Positions 11,096 to 24,742 of a stretch of 64,000 bases of DNA are shown in pieces. Position 1 is the stretch's first letter; every line of letters begins with the position of its first letter. The stretch spans positions 5,456,001 through 5,520,000 of the forward strand of contig JBHGNT010000001.1 in assembly GCA_043228905.1 (NCBI GenBank). Direction: 5' to 3'. The stretch comes from Azolla caroliniana (Eukaryota > Plantae > Polypodiophyta). The translations under genes were made by a program, and so were the position numbers. The notes beneath the pieces were generated by a model that did not search any database, was not told the DNA's origin, and saw only the letters and a program-made list of their open reading frames with translations.

Positions 11096-14000
11096 ATGAA
11101 GATGTACAGGTCTATAAGCAGCAATAGCTGTGCAATCACAATAGCCATTACTCATCCTCTCAGAGGAAACCCTAATTATCTCTGCTATAACATAGGATCC
11201 TCTTCTTCTCTTCACAAAACAACTGGTGTCCAATGTCCTCTTCCTCCTCCGTTGGGCTATTCATGGAAAAGCTTGAAAATAGGGACGTCAGAGCCTTTCT
11301 CATCAGCTAGATCCACGAGAAGCTTTCACAGCTCAGTTTGTAGTCTGATAAGACAGAGTATTTCCAACCCTAATGCTAATACTAACCCTAAATCTTCCTC
11401 AGAGAAAGGGAAGGTTAGTAGAAAGAGAGGTTCAGTCCAAACCAAAGCCAAGGGGTCTTCTTCCTCCTCCTCTTCCTCCTCCTCTTCTTCTTTCAATGGT
11501 GTTTCAAAGAATTCACCTCACAAAGATGTTTCAAAAGCTATGGCGAAGAGGTCTCCCTTATCATCATCATCATCAACAACATCATCATCTTCTTCTTCCC
11601 AAGGAGTGACTAGGGCTCGTCGCAAAAATATGACAGCTATGGTGGATCAAGAACTTGAGGATATTAATGTTGAATCAGATGAATGCTTTGATGAAGGTGC
11701 AGAGGATTCAGAACAAGATACTGACGTGGACTTTGAGAGTGATGGTGATGATGAAGGTAAATGCCATTATCTTTTTTGATCATTTCATTATTATTATGTG
11801 GAGTCAATGAGGATTTGATCTAGCTATGCCTTATATTGATTCAAAGATGAAGCTACCTAGCAATGTCATATATTGATTCGATCTAGCAATGCCATATAAA
11901 GAAATGACATAATTTCTAATTGTTGTAGATAAAATCAATACATTTATGATTAAATGCACTCTACTAACAATTGGATAAGGACATTTTCCAAGTTTTGGAG
12001 ATAAGACTATTGAATTTGATGAATAATTGATTGTGCAATGAATGAGAGAGACTAAAAATGAGTTTTTTTATGATGCAAAGTAGCATTGGCAATTGTTGGA
12101 AATAAGATAGATGATAAGATGAAGCTCTACTTTCAGAAATATGGTTGATTAAGCGAGAAGTTCAACAACGAGAATGTGTTTTGAATATGTATAATTGGAG
12201 TGGGGATCATGATGAAAATTACAGTGACATTGATGAGTTCGCAGGGTTGATTAACTGTGGATATGCTTTTGGTTATAATGATAAGTTTGAAGGTGTTGGT
12301 GATTATGATACAAATTCAAAGGTTGTGAGGATAATGACGAGTTCAAAGATGGTGAAGATGGTTGTGGTTGTGATAAAGATGATTTTACAGAGTCGATTCA
12401 GAGTGAATATGGATGTGCGATTTATGAGAACAATGAGTTTGAAGATGATGAACATGGCAAAAATAAAATGATTACGAGTTTGACGATGGTGACAATGGTA
12501 GTGTTGATGATGTGGAGTTCGCAGAGTCAATTAAAAATGATTATGGTGCAGCCATATAGGATAAAACTGAGTTTGAAGGTGATGAACATGGCAATGATAA
12601 TTGATTATGAGATTAATGCTGGTGATGGTGAGTTTGCAGAGTTGATTGTGGTGGTGGCAGTGATGATAATGATAGTATTTTGAAGATTGTGAACATATTA
12701 ATATTGATACTGTGTTTGCATAGCTGGCCTAGAGTGAATATGATGATGGGGACGTGTTTATGTAGAGTTTTCAGCTGATTAAGGGTGAATATGGTGATAC
12801 TAATTTGGTGTTGATGATAAACTTCCATAATGGATTAAGGATGATTAAATTTCTAAGCATTAGTTTTTTTCTGAATTTGCAGAATTTGAAGATGGTGATG
12901 ATGACTATGAGGATGATGATTTTATTGATGATATGCTTGAAGAAGAGGGAGAAGGGGATGGTGAAATCCATGTATGCCTCATTCTTCCATATTCTATGTT
13001 TTTTTGCCAACAGGGAATTGAAAAAACTGATGATAAATAATAACTCTCACATTTATCTCGGAACTATGAACAAAAGAGTCTTCAGCATGATGAAGTGAGA
13101 TTTATTAGAATAGCCATTGCCAAGCATAGATCTAATGCTCAAAATATATGTTTAAACTTATCAAAGTTTATGAGAATGTCCTCGAATTTGAGCAAGAGTA
13201 AATGTTTTGGACATTAGGTCAACAGAAGGAAGTTCAAAGGGATGATGGAATAGCAATAGCTCAAATTAGGTGTAAATTTGGATGTTATCATAGTTTCATT
13301 TGGTTGATTATTTTTTAAGATAGGAAAATCGCTTTTACAGAAGCATGGCTAGGTCTACCTTAGTCAATGCAATAAAGCTTTTGTATAAGTTTTATATGTT
13401 CATTAGGCATAACAGTTCAGTGAGTGAATTGCTTTCAGCTTGGTGATGGAGGAGATGGGGGTGGAGTGAACCTAGGTCAGACACAATGGGGAGAGAAGGC
13501 ATTGGCGATTGCCAAAGAAGTCTTGGAAGAATTTGGAAGTAATTTCTCTTTATATGCATTCAAGGTGTCCCTTAGAGGTTGTGTATTCGTGCGGCTCGAC
13601 AAGTTATCGGATAGGTAAAAATTTCTCGTGAGAATAATGCTAAAAAGGTTTTAAAAAAATGTCCAAAGCATCACAACCTCATTATTCTTGTTTTCACATA
13701 TTCTTGAACACACCCCACCCCACTCCGCACATAACACACAGGACACAGCACACACCTTAGAATCCTATAGATCTCTTTTCGACTTATGCTACTACTTTTG
13801 TGCAGGTATGGATCCCCAACGATGGTCGAGATTGAAAGCTTTTCGGGTATATATGGGAAGCGTTTGGAGGAGGCGGGTCAAAATGGAACCCTTCCGGACA
13901 ATTTGGCAATAGAGGTAATATATCTCATGTATTTCTTTGGCTAACATGCAGAGACCTAAAGGCTAATTTGTTGGTTTATTACCCATGGTTTGGAGAAATA

Positions 14001-14719
14001 GCCTGTCATTGCAGAGTCTAGATTGTAACCCATAACCATAAAATGTTACTTACCATATGCTTTACCCACTACATCATTATGAAATATGTTAGAACACCAA
14101 AACATGTTCATGCAGTTCATTTATTGTATGGATGTATTAAAACATCGTGTATGCATTATGCTTGGTATCCAATCTCGTTGTTTGCTAAAGTAAAAAGAAA
14201 CATGATTGAGCTAGCCATCACTGTAGACGTGAATTCTTAATCAGAGAAGACAACAAAGCATAAGCGTGACCAAAGGCTTACCACTACACCATCATGTACT
14301 AATGCATTTAGTTGTATATAATTGTAAATTATATATTTACTTATAGATATAAAGGCAATGCTTATGTATTGTGCATCAACATGTCATGTCCTGTTTTGTT
14401 TCTTGTATAGGTCTCATCTCCTGGAGCTGAGAGGGTAGTGGAGATTCCTGGCCAGCTTGAAAGGTTCAAAGACCTTCCAATGTTTGTGAGATATGTAGAG
14501 AAAACTGATGCTACCCGTGGAGAGGTGTTAAAAGACAACATTCTCACATTAGAGTCTTTTGAAGCCGAATCTGATAAATCCATATGGAAGCTTGCTAATG
14601 TGAGGGCTAATCGAGAACAAGCAGGAAAAGGCCGAGTATTGACAAGAAAACAAAAGGAATGGAGGGCCGAACTTCCCTTGTCATCGTTGCGATTGGTGCA
14701 CCTTTACATGGATGTTTGA
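11096..14719 (+). CDS. RimP/UPF0090-like ribosome maturation protein with long Ser-rich transit peptide and acidic linker, 5 exons
   Basis: Exons 11096-11756, 12883-12971 (FEDGDDDYEDDDFIDDMLEEEGEGDGEIH), 13439-13614 (LGDGGDGGG…WGEKAL…FVRLDKLSD), 13806-13914 (YGSPTMVEIESF…LAIE), 14411-14719 (VSSPGAER…). Phases are consistent, and EVSSPGAER is the RimP motif. Confidence 0.85.
12190..12815 (+). repeat. Degenerate Asp/Glu-codon-rich tandem repeat in intron 1 of the RimP-like gene
   Basis: Core GAGTT(C/T)GCAGAGT(C/T)GATT recurs near 12232, 12378, 12511, 12627 and 12762 amid GAT/GAA/GGT triplets. The region is frameshifted and contains stops. Confidence 0.6.
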
Positions 14720-16296
14720 AAAAAGTTAGTTAATAATGCATTAGAATTTGTTCATATTCTTCATTGCTCCTTGCCAAAAGAAGTCAGTCTAAATATTCAC
14801 CAGCTTCAATTTTTTGTCTGTTATTTCAATTGAATGTTGGCATACATTGCTGGAGATGACAAACCTCGAGGTGATCCAAAGTGTGAAAGATCAAGATTAA
14901 AACATATATAGGAAGGTTTATTATTCTTTATAAAAGCGGATGAATGGGTTTTAAACCAAAGGGCAGGAGCTCAACTCTGATGGAACCTCTATTGAGAGAT
15001 AAAAAAGATGATGGTTGATGGATGTCACCTAGTACTGTTGTATTAAGTATTGCTGGTTTTGAAATCCTAGGCTTATCACTAGGAAGAAATGTAAAAGTTA
15101 ATACCGATTATATTACCAAGATAATTTTTAAAAGTGTTTACCAAGAATCCTTTCCTCTGACATTTGAATATCTTTCTTAGTTTCAGAAGCTTCAATTGAC
15201 AATGCTTCTCTGCCAACATGCATCAACCTCACTTCTCCAACTTGGACATACCATTCTTGTTGTTAAGGGAAGTACATTCTCCACTTAAGCACAAGGAAAA
15301 GCCTTAGAAAAATTCTTGAGCCATATGTGAATACACCGTCTTCACAAACAGATGAAACCCTTGTGTCATGTTTGGGTCCAAGGTTTGTGTTTCTGACCTT
15401 TGGAGGACAATATTGATCATGGCCAGGTGTTGTAAGTTTTCAGAAGTAGATGAGACTCTCGTGTTATGTTTGGGTCCAAGGTTCATGTTTCTGACCTCTC
15501 GAGGACAATATTGATCATGGTCGTGTATTGTATGGCTAAGTGGTATAAAGGCAATTCCCATTCATGACAAGCTGTTGTGTTTATTCATCTATTTGAATGG
15601 ATGCACTTGGGTTGGATTTATGACTCATGGGATTATACAAGGGTGTGTTTAACTATGTTTGTGGTGAGACTTCATGGCATTCAATATTGTATGAAAATGG
15701 ATATATCAAATGTGTATTCTTTAGAATATTGAGAGGAAATGACATGCTTGAGGATAAGTAATCATGGGATTTATTCCATTTCACCACACTCATAGATTTT
15801 ATTGCAAATGCCTACAAAGGTTATAAATGTTGACAACCATCCCCTTGAAAGGATAGATGAACTTTCAATACATCAACATAAACCTCACAAATAATGTCAA
15901 GGTGAGGGCATTATGGGCAAGGAGGCAATGGAGGTGAACAATCAAGCTAAAGGAGCAAAGGCCATGAGTAATATATTAGAAACAGTCACAATATACTTAC
16001 CGAGTGGGCTCAAATAGAGTAGGAGAGAAACATAGAACAATTTAGTGGATTGCGGAGGAATGACCTGTTGGGATATCCAAATATCTTCATTAAGAGGTTC
16101 ACATTTTTAACAATGAAGGGTGAGTAAATCTACCTTAAAGAATAGACACAAACAAATATAACATTCAATTGAGTTCCCATCTAATCCAAAATCATCTTGT
16201 CCTCCTCATAACTTTATGTACTTTTTTGAGAATTAGTTAGAAACATTAATATTAAAGAAGAGGGAGAATTGGAGATCTAACACAATTAACAATGAA

Positions 16297-16940
16297 TAAC
16301 GATGCCAACATGGAATGTATAATGGATTTGTTGTTGTTCTAAATTGCATAAGCTATGGGTGCTTTGATTTCTAGTCAACGGGGTATTTTATGAGCAGTTG
16401 AGCATAAGCATCCAAAAATGCACAATCCATTACATTCTGTGAAGGGTTAACAACTATGTTATATAGGGATAAATCCTCAATTATTCAATCAATTTGATGT
16501 TTATTTGAGATTTTTATCAAACAGGAGTTATGATAAGAGGTACTTTTGGTCAACATATTATATGAAGGACAACTAATATGGGACCAAAGATTATTATGGA
16601 ATTGTCCTCTTCTCTTTGGTATGAATAACGATAGTTGTTGATGAGGAATTTTAAAGTTTGTTGTGAAGTAGACCAATCAAAGTTTGTTCATTCTATGGTG
16701 GATGCCCTAGATTTGCGTGCTTGCTAGAGATGAAGGTTTTGCAAAGAGATTTGCATAAGTGGAATCATGGAAATAAACTTGGTCATACTTTCCAATTATC
16801 ACAATATAGGTTAACCTAGAATACACTAGATTGGATGCACATAATGCATAAATATGAGTTTTTGCCTATGATAGTGGATGTCACCACTCACAACTTCTTA
16901 TGGTCAGGTTGTCTCTACCATTTTCCAATAGTATAGTAGT
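16297..16940 (+). pseudogene. Highly decayed LINE ORF2 endonuclease (APE) relic
   Basis: Motif-like pieces in the expected order across frames: TWNV (16307), LVNI…RLLWN, RLD (~16829), S-YHFPI (~16915), compared with APE motifs WNVRG, NIY…LW, SRLDR, SDHFPI. Confidence 0.45.
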
Positions 16941-17936
16941 TTAATAAACAATCCATGAATTATTTTGCTCAAATATTACGAAACTCCTTGTTAAGGTTTT
17001 ATTTATATCATCTTGAGGTTTCCAATATGATGCAATTGTTACGTGAAATCTCAAACCATGTCAAATTGATGGTAGTGTTGTGTGAAAGGTATTTGTTCAT
17101 ATTATAACAAAATTGTATGGGTATTAGGTAATTCATAATGCTTGAAGATGACAATCTATTGGTGGATGTAGTGAATAGTGATAGTCAAATGATTTTTTTT
17201 AGGTTGATGGTAATCACCTTTCTGGCTTCTCAAGTGTTTTGAAATATGTGCATTGACATCCCAACTAGAGAGGGAGAGCGCAAATTCCTTGTAAAAGGAG
17301 GTCATTTGGACTTAGAGAATATTTCATTGACCAATCTCTACTATAAACTCTTAAATATAGATTTTGAATATACTATATTAAATTGTGATTGCAAGAATTG
17401 GATACTAGGATAAATTTGGATTGACATGGGAGAAGCCCACAAGAACGTAATCGAAAGAACCACATTGTAGCCAAGTCTGATACGCATATTCACAAACTTG
17501 TAATCAACCAGTCTCCATATTTTTGTCCCAACCTCATGTCTTAGACCAAAGAGAATTTGAGCTAAGTCTTATGGAAGTCATGGAACATATTATGGACAAA
17601 CAGATGGGCTATAGTGTGTACAAATCTATAATTTAACCATCTAGATAAGAAGATAGTTTTTGCAGTTTGTTGCAACACAAGTGATATAATATATGAAACA
17701 TGAGACTCCATATCTCTCCTAAGCCATGATACATTTGTGCTGCAAAAAAATACATTTATCGAGGAATCTTTTAAGGCATCATGAAGCAAATGGAATGCAT
17801 CCATCTTTCAAACCAAGTCTTCGTATATTGCATCTATATGAACTTTGTGTGAGGTTGATGACTTGCAATTTTTATTAGAAGTAAAGAGAGAAAAAGAGAA
17901 AGAGAAAGTCAGACGTGATATTCCAAGTGTGATATT

Positions 17937-17957
17937 GAGAGAGAGAGTAGAGAGAGA

Positions 17958-18018
<61 letters not shown>
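17937..18018. repeat. (GA)n microsatellite
   Basis: Direct read. Confidence 0.95.
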
Positions 18019-18020
<2 letters not shown>

Positions 18021-18226
18021 CAGATGGATGTAGCTCAGTTGGTAAGGTTGCCCAATGGAGACCAGACCACTCATGGGTTCAACCCCTACATTCCACAGTG
18101 GCATCTAGTGAATTAAGAGATATGTATGGCGTATACAATAGAGAGGTGAGTAAAATTGGGTTTCGAACCCAAGACATAATGACTTGTAAGGTAACAACTT
18201 ACCAATAGGGTAAGCTAATTACGATT
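18019..18226 (+). mobile_element. tRNA-derived SINE-like element with two convergent tRNA-like heads (copy 1)
   Basis: + strand A-box TAGCTCAGTTGG 18031-18042 and B-box GGTTCAACCCC 18076-18086. - strand A-like TACCCTATTGG (~18212-18202) and B-box GGGTTCGAAACCC 18170-18158. Flanked by (GA)n on both sides. Confidence 0.7.
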
Positions 18227-18250
18227 GAGAGAGAGAGAGAGTGAGAATGA

Positions 18251-18371
18251 GAATTGAGAGATATGTATGGAGTATATAATAGAGAGGTGAGTATAATTGG
18301 GTTTCGAACCCAAGACATAGTATAATGGCTTGTAGAGTAACAACTTAGTAATAAGGTAAGCTAATTACAAT

Positions 18372-18372
<1 letters not shown>
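18251..18372 (+). mobile_element. Partial tandem copy (right half) of the same element
   Basis: GAATTGAGAGATATGTATGG…GGGTTTCGAACCCAAGAC…TAAGCTAATTAC aligns to 18110-18222 and is followed by (GA)n. Confidence 0.75.
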
Positions 18373-18403
<31 letters not shown>

Positions 18404-18546
18404 TCTCCAACAACGGGCACTCTCTTATTTCTGTCTCTCTCTCTCTAATTCGTGAGATGTATATATAGATGCACTAGGCTCGATAAAAATAGGAGATGGT
18501 GGCATTGGCAAACTATTGAAGTATATCACATTGAACCTACTGACGA

Positions 18547-18549
<3 letters not shown>

Positions 18550-18591
<42 letters not shown>
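18550..18591. repeat. (CT)n microsatellite in HD-Zip 5' UTR
   Basis: Direct read. Confidence 0.9.
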
Positions 18592-18595
<4 letters not shown>

Positions 18596-18604
18596 CCTTT
18601 ACTA

Positions 18605-21600
18605 ATGGCAAATACATTCTCTAATGTTCTTGATCTTCCACAAATCTCTCCTATGTCCTTACCACCTCTTCGTCCTCCTCCAACAGGTAACTTCTATTCT
18701 AATTTGATCACCATTGCACTATCAATTTGCCTCATGATTTTTAGTTTGAGATTCCAAACAAAGAACTCCATGTTCTACAACCATATATTTATTAGCTTTA
18801 GTTTATTATATATTAAATCAATCTCATTTTTCGTGGTTGATATAAGGTTCACCAGGCCCCCTCCAACACACACACACACATGTTTGTAAGTTTTGTAACC
18901 AAACTAAAAGGCTAGAAACTTGTGAGATTGTAAGTTATGATTTTGTCAAGACATGACGATTTGGTATCTATTAATGCAATTTGAGCAAAAAATAATTGGG
19001 AACTTGAGATCATGCATGCATATCTTAATCGAAGCATAACAAGTCTCACATAGATTAAGGCTTTGTTTTATAGTTCTCACATGTGCTCAATATATATTCC
19101 TTGTGTGATTAAAAGGACGTAAATCACATACTAAATATTTATTGATAGCCATGATCTCATATGCAAATGACCAACTTGGATATGTTGGAATACTAAAGTA
19201 TGCAACATCCTATTAAAGTAAATGTGACATCTGTATGACTCTTTGGAGAATGTGATACCTCACACACACACAATAATCCTTGCCTTGTCTTTGAGACTTT
19301 ATTTGAGAAATTGGATACTAGCGAAAATTTCTTGATTGATTGAATGCACTTGTGTAACTTGGTTTTAATGAGATGGGCATACATTTCATAGGTAACACAT
19401 CCAATGGAGAAATGATGCAATTAGGTTCAACATTAAATCATGGTCATCCACACCAAACAATATATGAGTATGATAGAAGGGTCATGATGATGATGATGGA
19501 GGAGGATGAGGGAGCGTCTAGTAAAAAGAGGCGATTAGGAGTGGACCAAGTACGAATTTTGGAAAGTAGCTTTAAGGAAGAAAAGAAGTTAGAGCCAGAG
19601 AGAAAGGTGCAAATTGCTCAACAACTAGGGTTGCAACCTCGCCAAGTTGCCATTTGGTTCCAAAATCGTCGTGCTCGTTCAAGGAGCAAGCAATTGGAGC
19701 GTGACTATATTGTTCTCAAATCCCTCTATGATGTTGCGACTTTGGAAAAACAAAAGCTCCAAGATGAGGTCTTGTTCTCATTCCTCATAAATCTAATTCT
19801 TGTGTTTCATACAAAATGCACTCTAGAGGTATTACAAAGGCATGTAGATCAAACATGTAGTGCATGGGCTACAACACCGTACAGGCAACATACACATCAT
19901 GGTACTTACCAATAGGAGGTAACCATTGCACCTATCAAGTGTGAGGCTATCTTGGAATTGTTCTTGTTTATAAGGGGCTCATCCAAATTGATTGTATTTA
20001 TTATTGGTCATGACATGATCAATTCTTATATAAAGATGATCGATTCATTTTATCATTCTAAATATTAGCATTACATGTTCATTATTATGAGCAACTCACG
20101 TAGAGAAATTCATTACTATGCACTAGACTTGTATCCATGTGATAGAATGCTACAATCCTTCTAGATTTGTAATTAGCAAAATCATTGGCATTTGTCATAC
20201 ACAATGTACATTAATCTTTAACGTGTGCATTGGTAGTGCACTATGATTTCATATCTACCCACATCGTGCAAAGAAAAGAATGATCAGGTCTCCATATCCA
20301 ATCACATAGAAAATGTGAAATTCATGTGTAGGGTTTTGCTTCTCCAGTATAAAGTATTTGGTTAAAGAACAATGGTCCATGGTCCACCTTGAACACATAT
20401 GTCCAAGTCACTATACAATGTGATTGGGCGAGTCCTGTCCTACTTGTGTGATGCATAAGAATCTAAGAAGCATGATTATAGTAGATATTGGAAAGAAAAG
20501 TAGAAAGGAGGAGAAACCTGTACATTATTATATTTGGGACCACTTGAATTTGGTCTCCAAGCTCAAGGAACAAGTTTGCTCTTGATGTCTTTCAAAGTGG
20601 AGAATAACTATTCTACTTTGTTTTTAGGAAAAGCAATTTCCACTTTATAGGTGGTGTCCAATTATGAAACACATCTCAATCAAATATGTAGCAAAGGTTT
20701 GTTTTCTTTTATAAATGCTACAAAAAATCGGAGACAATTTTGTTCACATATGTTGTATCCATGAATGTCAAATTGATATCCATGTGTTGTATCCATGAAT
20801 GTCAAACTGAAATCCATGTGTTGTATCCATGAACCAGTTTTTGCAATTTTTGTATGTTGATAATAACATAATCTTGATATTTGGACTCTAGAGGGTCTTT
20901 CAAGGTGAGCATTGAACATAAGACTTACGTTTTCAACATTTGACCATGTATTCAAAGCATATGATTTATTAAGTTTCGACTTGTACTTTCATTCAAGAGC
21001 ATGCTAATTGCATTAATCAAGAGTTCCCTTTGTATTACCCTCCTTATTCGAATATATATGTCCATTTTTTTATTGGATAGAACTTGTAAATCACGAAGTT
21101 GGTTTGCTTTGAATGTATTCTCTTCAAAACTTTATGTCATTGGCAAATAAAACATTTATAGGAACAACCTTTAGGACCACACTTGAAAGAGTTATGTCAG
21201 TATGACAAGTTTTAAAGTTTCTCCTAAGTGGCTGATCTTTTAGAATATAAATTCGTACGATATATTATTGTGTTGATGTCCTTTTTAAAAAACTAACAAA
21301 CAGTTTTAAGTTAATGATTTGTATAGGTATAATGTTTACCGATTAGAGTATCGACGATTATACTTTTGTTTGTTGACAATTTTCCATGCATGTGCCAGGT
21401 TTTGCACTTAAAGAAAGAATTGAACAACATCATATCCACAAAGCAACATGAAGAACAAATACATATAAACAAGCAACAAAGCATGGGCAGGTTTAAACAT
21501 GCACTGGAAACACAAGATGCTTCAATAAATGCACATAACTCTTGTGGCGATTATAAGGAACATGATTCACATGAAGGCAAAACATCATCTTTATTACCAC

Positions 21601-21851
21601 TCACAACAGTCAAACCTAGGGATACTGCAAAAAGTGCATGTGAGGGTGCCATTATATTACGAACGACAAACAACAATGACACCCAACAACCTCAATGCCA
21701 CACACTAATCACTACAAATTTAGCACAACATATATCCATCAAGATGGAAGGAGAAGATTGTGGCCAACTTGTTTATTCCACTCGTCAATGCCTTGATGAT
21801 AACCACCACTATTTGAAATTCCACCATTGGCATGATATTTGGAGTGACTAA
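18605..21851 (+). CDS. Class I homeodomain-leucine zipper (HD-Zip I) transcription factor, 3 exons
   Basis: Exons 18605-18686, 19392-19768 ([17 protein letters not shown]…[31 protein letters not shown]…KQLERDY + zipper) and 21399-21851. Phases are consistent. C-terminal aromatic/acidic tail [10 protein letters not shown]. Confidence 0.9.
20747..20833. repeat. 34-bp tandem repeat (~2.5 copies) in HD-Zip intron 2
   Basis: GTTGTATCCATGAA at 20752, 20786 and 20820. Confidence 0.85.
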
Positions 21852-22458
21852 ATGGGGAACTTTTTTATTACATAGAATATACTCTCATTTTACACATGAT
21901 CATTCCCAGAATACAACATCATCCTAATTGTATTGAGTAAATCATAATTGTATCCATGGAATAAATCAAACTACTATATTGTTGTTGCTCACAAAAACAA
22001 ATGAACATATTTTAGTTTTCTCATAGCATTATTTATTTTATTGCATGACTTGTTATCGAATAAGAACTCAGAGACTAAGAAGTACACGTGGATGGTTATT
22101 CAAATTTTGTGTATTCTAGAATCATATAAAACAAGGCATTGAATGCCTCATTGCAGAGGTAGATATAGCTGCGTCAAGTTAACTATAAATAGAGAAAGAG
22201 TTACTATATTAAATTTGATAGATGATTCACTATAAACTCCACTCAATATGCAAAATGTCATTGTGATCTATGAATTGACCACTCTTCTCAACAACTTTTT
22301 GATCATGCACCAATAGCAATCCAATTACAATTCATAATCCAATGTGATGATGTGCATTTACATAGGAATAGGTTGTTGATGGTCAAGAAAAATTATATCA
22401 AGCATGAGATTGTTCTAAATTAATTTACTTGCTCTATGTTCATATGCAAAGCATAGAA

Positions 22459-23052
22459 TGGTCGCCAAATTGTGTTCCTACTCCCTAGGAAGCACGGGTC
22501 GGATACTCAATCATTGAGTACCCTTCACCTAAGATCGTGGTAGGAGGGATGGGGATAACATGTAGACCACAATTAACAAATAGTATTTTTTTGGACACAC
22601 AGGGATTTGGCTACAACCAAATCGATCAACGATGATAGTCTGAATCGGCCACACCACCGATTGGCTAATAATCGCATAGCAATTCAAAGCTTGTTTTACC
22701 AATTAACAAACATAGATCGATAGGAAAAGGGTATTGTACACACAAAACTCTTATATATTAACGTTCCATCTAGAGACAACTTTATAAAAGATTCGTGCCC
22801 CTTTTTATAGGTACACATGCACCGCTATAACGCTGAATCGGATCGGCAAATCCCTCCTAATCATACTCTAATGGTCATAGCTATCTGGGTTCATATCGCG
22901 TCATATCCAATTATTGTTTTGGCTATGTCAATCTTTATAACAATATTAGCTACCACTTATATCCGGCTTCATACTTAGCCGGCGTTTGGCTTATCTCTTT
23001 GTCTTCTTTCCGCTCCTAAGGGTAACGATGTTGCTTGGTGGCATTTTGTACA
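22459..23052. mobile_element. Possible solo LTR (~594 bp)
   Basis: TG…CA ends flanked by TAGAA at 22454-22458 and 23053-23057. The interior is more GC/CpG-rich than the flanks. No second copy in the window. Confidence 0.45.
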
Positions 23053-24032
23053 TAGAATATAGTCAATCATAAGGAACTACGGAAATGGGTATGTTATGAA
23101 GAATGGACTTTGTGTTCATTAAGCAAAAGAAACTTGCCAAACTTTAGCAAAGAAGACATATACAAAGCAACCAACATTGTAGAACAAGACTATTGTAGAG
23201 GCCAAACATATTATATTTCCTAATGATGTACAATTGCATGATTGTCATTTAATATCTTTACGAGACAAAGGAAGACCCTCTAAAAAAGATCACATTGTCG
23301 AAGAAAAAGAGAACTAATCAAAAGCAAATTGAGTGAGGGGCTATCCATTAGGTTGGAACATCCTAGACAAGCTTAGAAAATCAATGTTATTGCCTCAACA
23401 TATGTCTATGGCACAACTTGCTATGGCTATCCATTAGGTTGGAACATCCTAGACAAACAAAACGATTGATTGCATGGGATAAGAAAGAAACTAAGTCATT
23501 GCAATTTTGCAACATGGATATGCATGTAGATTAAGAATATTATACTCTATTCTCATGGCATACATGCAAATCTACCATTAATCTATTAATCCAAGAAACA
23601 AATGTGAAACATCATGTTAAAGATCCGCGAGCAAACTTGGAAAGCAAAACATGTAGGCAAAGGTTTATGATGGTTGTCCCGAGATAAATGTTGCACAACA
23701 AAGTTTTTCAAGATTTAAATATACGAAAATTAGGCATTCAAGTGCTATCAAGGAAATCAACAATTCAGCTTGTTGGCTTGGAAAAATAAACCCAACCATG
23801 GACAAGATTGTTTGAGACATACATGTAAATACATAAACTCAACAACTTATGCAGACTGCCAACTTTTGGGATTTAGTATTTGGTAAGTACAACGACACTA
23901 TTGTGTGATTGTACTTACAAGATACTCTACAAATGGATATCAAATTATTGTGGAATCTCCATTTGCTACAACATTGATTCGAGATTGGAAAGAAGACATA
24001 ATATTTGTTATGGATTAAATGAGTGCTCATTG

Positions 24033-24034
<2 letters not shown>

Positions 24035-24101
<67 letters not shown>
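24035..24101. repeat. (GA)n microsatellite
   Basis: Direct read. Confidence 0.95.
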
Positions 24102-24105
<4 letters not shown>

Positions 24106-24570
24106 TGGACACCATTTCAATCGAGTGGATGGATTCAATGGAGTTGGGTATGTGTAACTAAGATTCATTTCTTACGAAAGGACTTATGATATATCTAGCA
24201 CACCATTTCAAGATAGAAATGCTACGAGAGATTGTAATGAATCCGCCACTCCGGTGTTTTCATTTCGTCATAACAAAAGCATATAATAGGCCAATGTTCG
24301 TAACTTTAGGGGCCAATTCTTTTTTAACGGAAAGACCACGTTGGAGCATGACAATGTTGTTCTTTCCTATATGTTATGCAAACCATTGGAGACAATGGAA
24401 TCACCTGTCTGTCAGAGTCCAACAACATCATCACACACCCTACCCTCTGCCTCTTGACATTCATCACACCCCTCTATTATTAAGGGGAGGGTTCTGTTTC
24501 ACATGTGATGTAACAAAGGAGTAACCCAACCTATTTGAAGAACTTCTGTCTCTCTTCTCGCTTTTTGTTT

Positions 24571-24742
24571 TTGTAATTATCTTACCCTAGTGGTAAGTCG
24601 TTACACTACTAGCCCTAGACCTTGGATTTAAAACTCAATTTCCTCTCACCTCTCTGTTACTCCATATATCTCTCTTAATGTATGAGATGCGAGTGTGGAA
24701 TGTAGGGGTTGAACCCATGACCTTGCCCTTACCAACATATGG

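Noticed and set aside
18024-18097. Functional tRNA gene
   Set aside because: The A/B boxes are present but the D, anticodon and T stems do not pair. It is treated as a SINE-like head.
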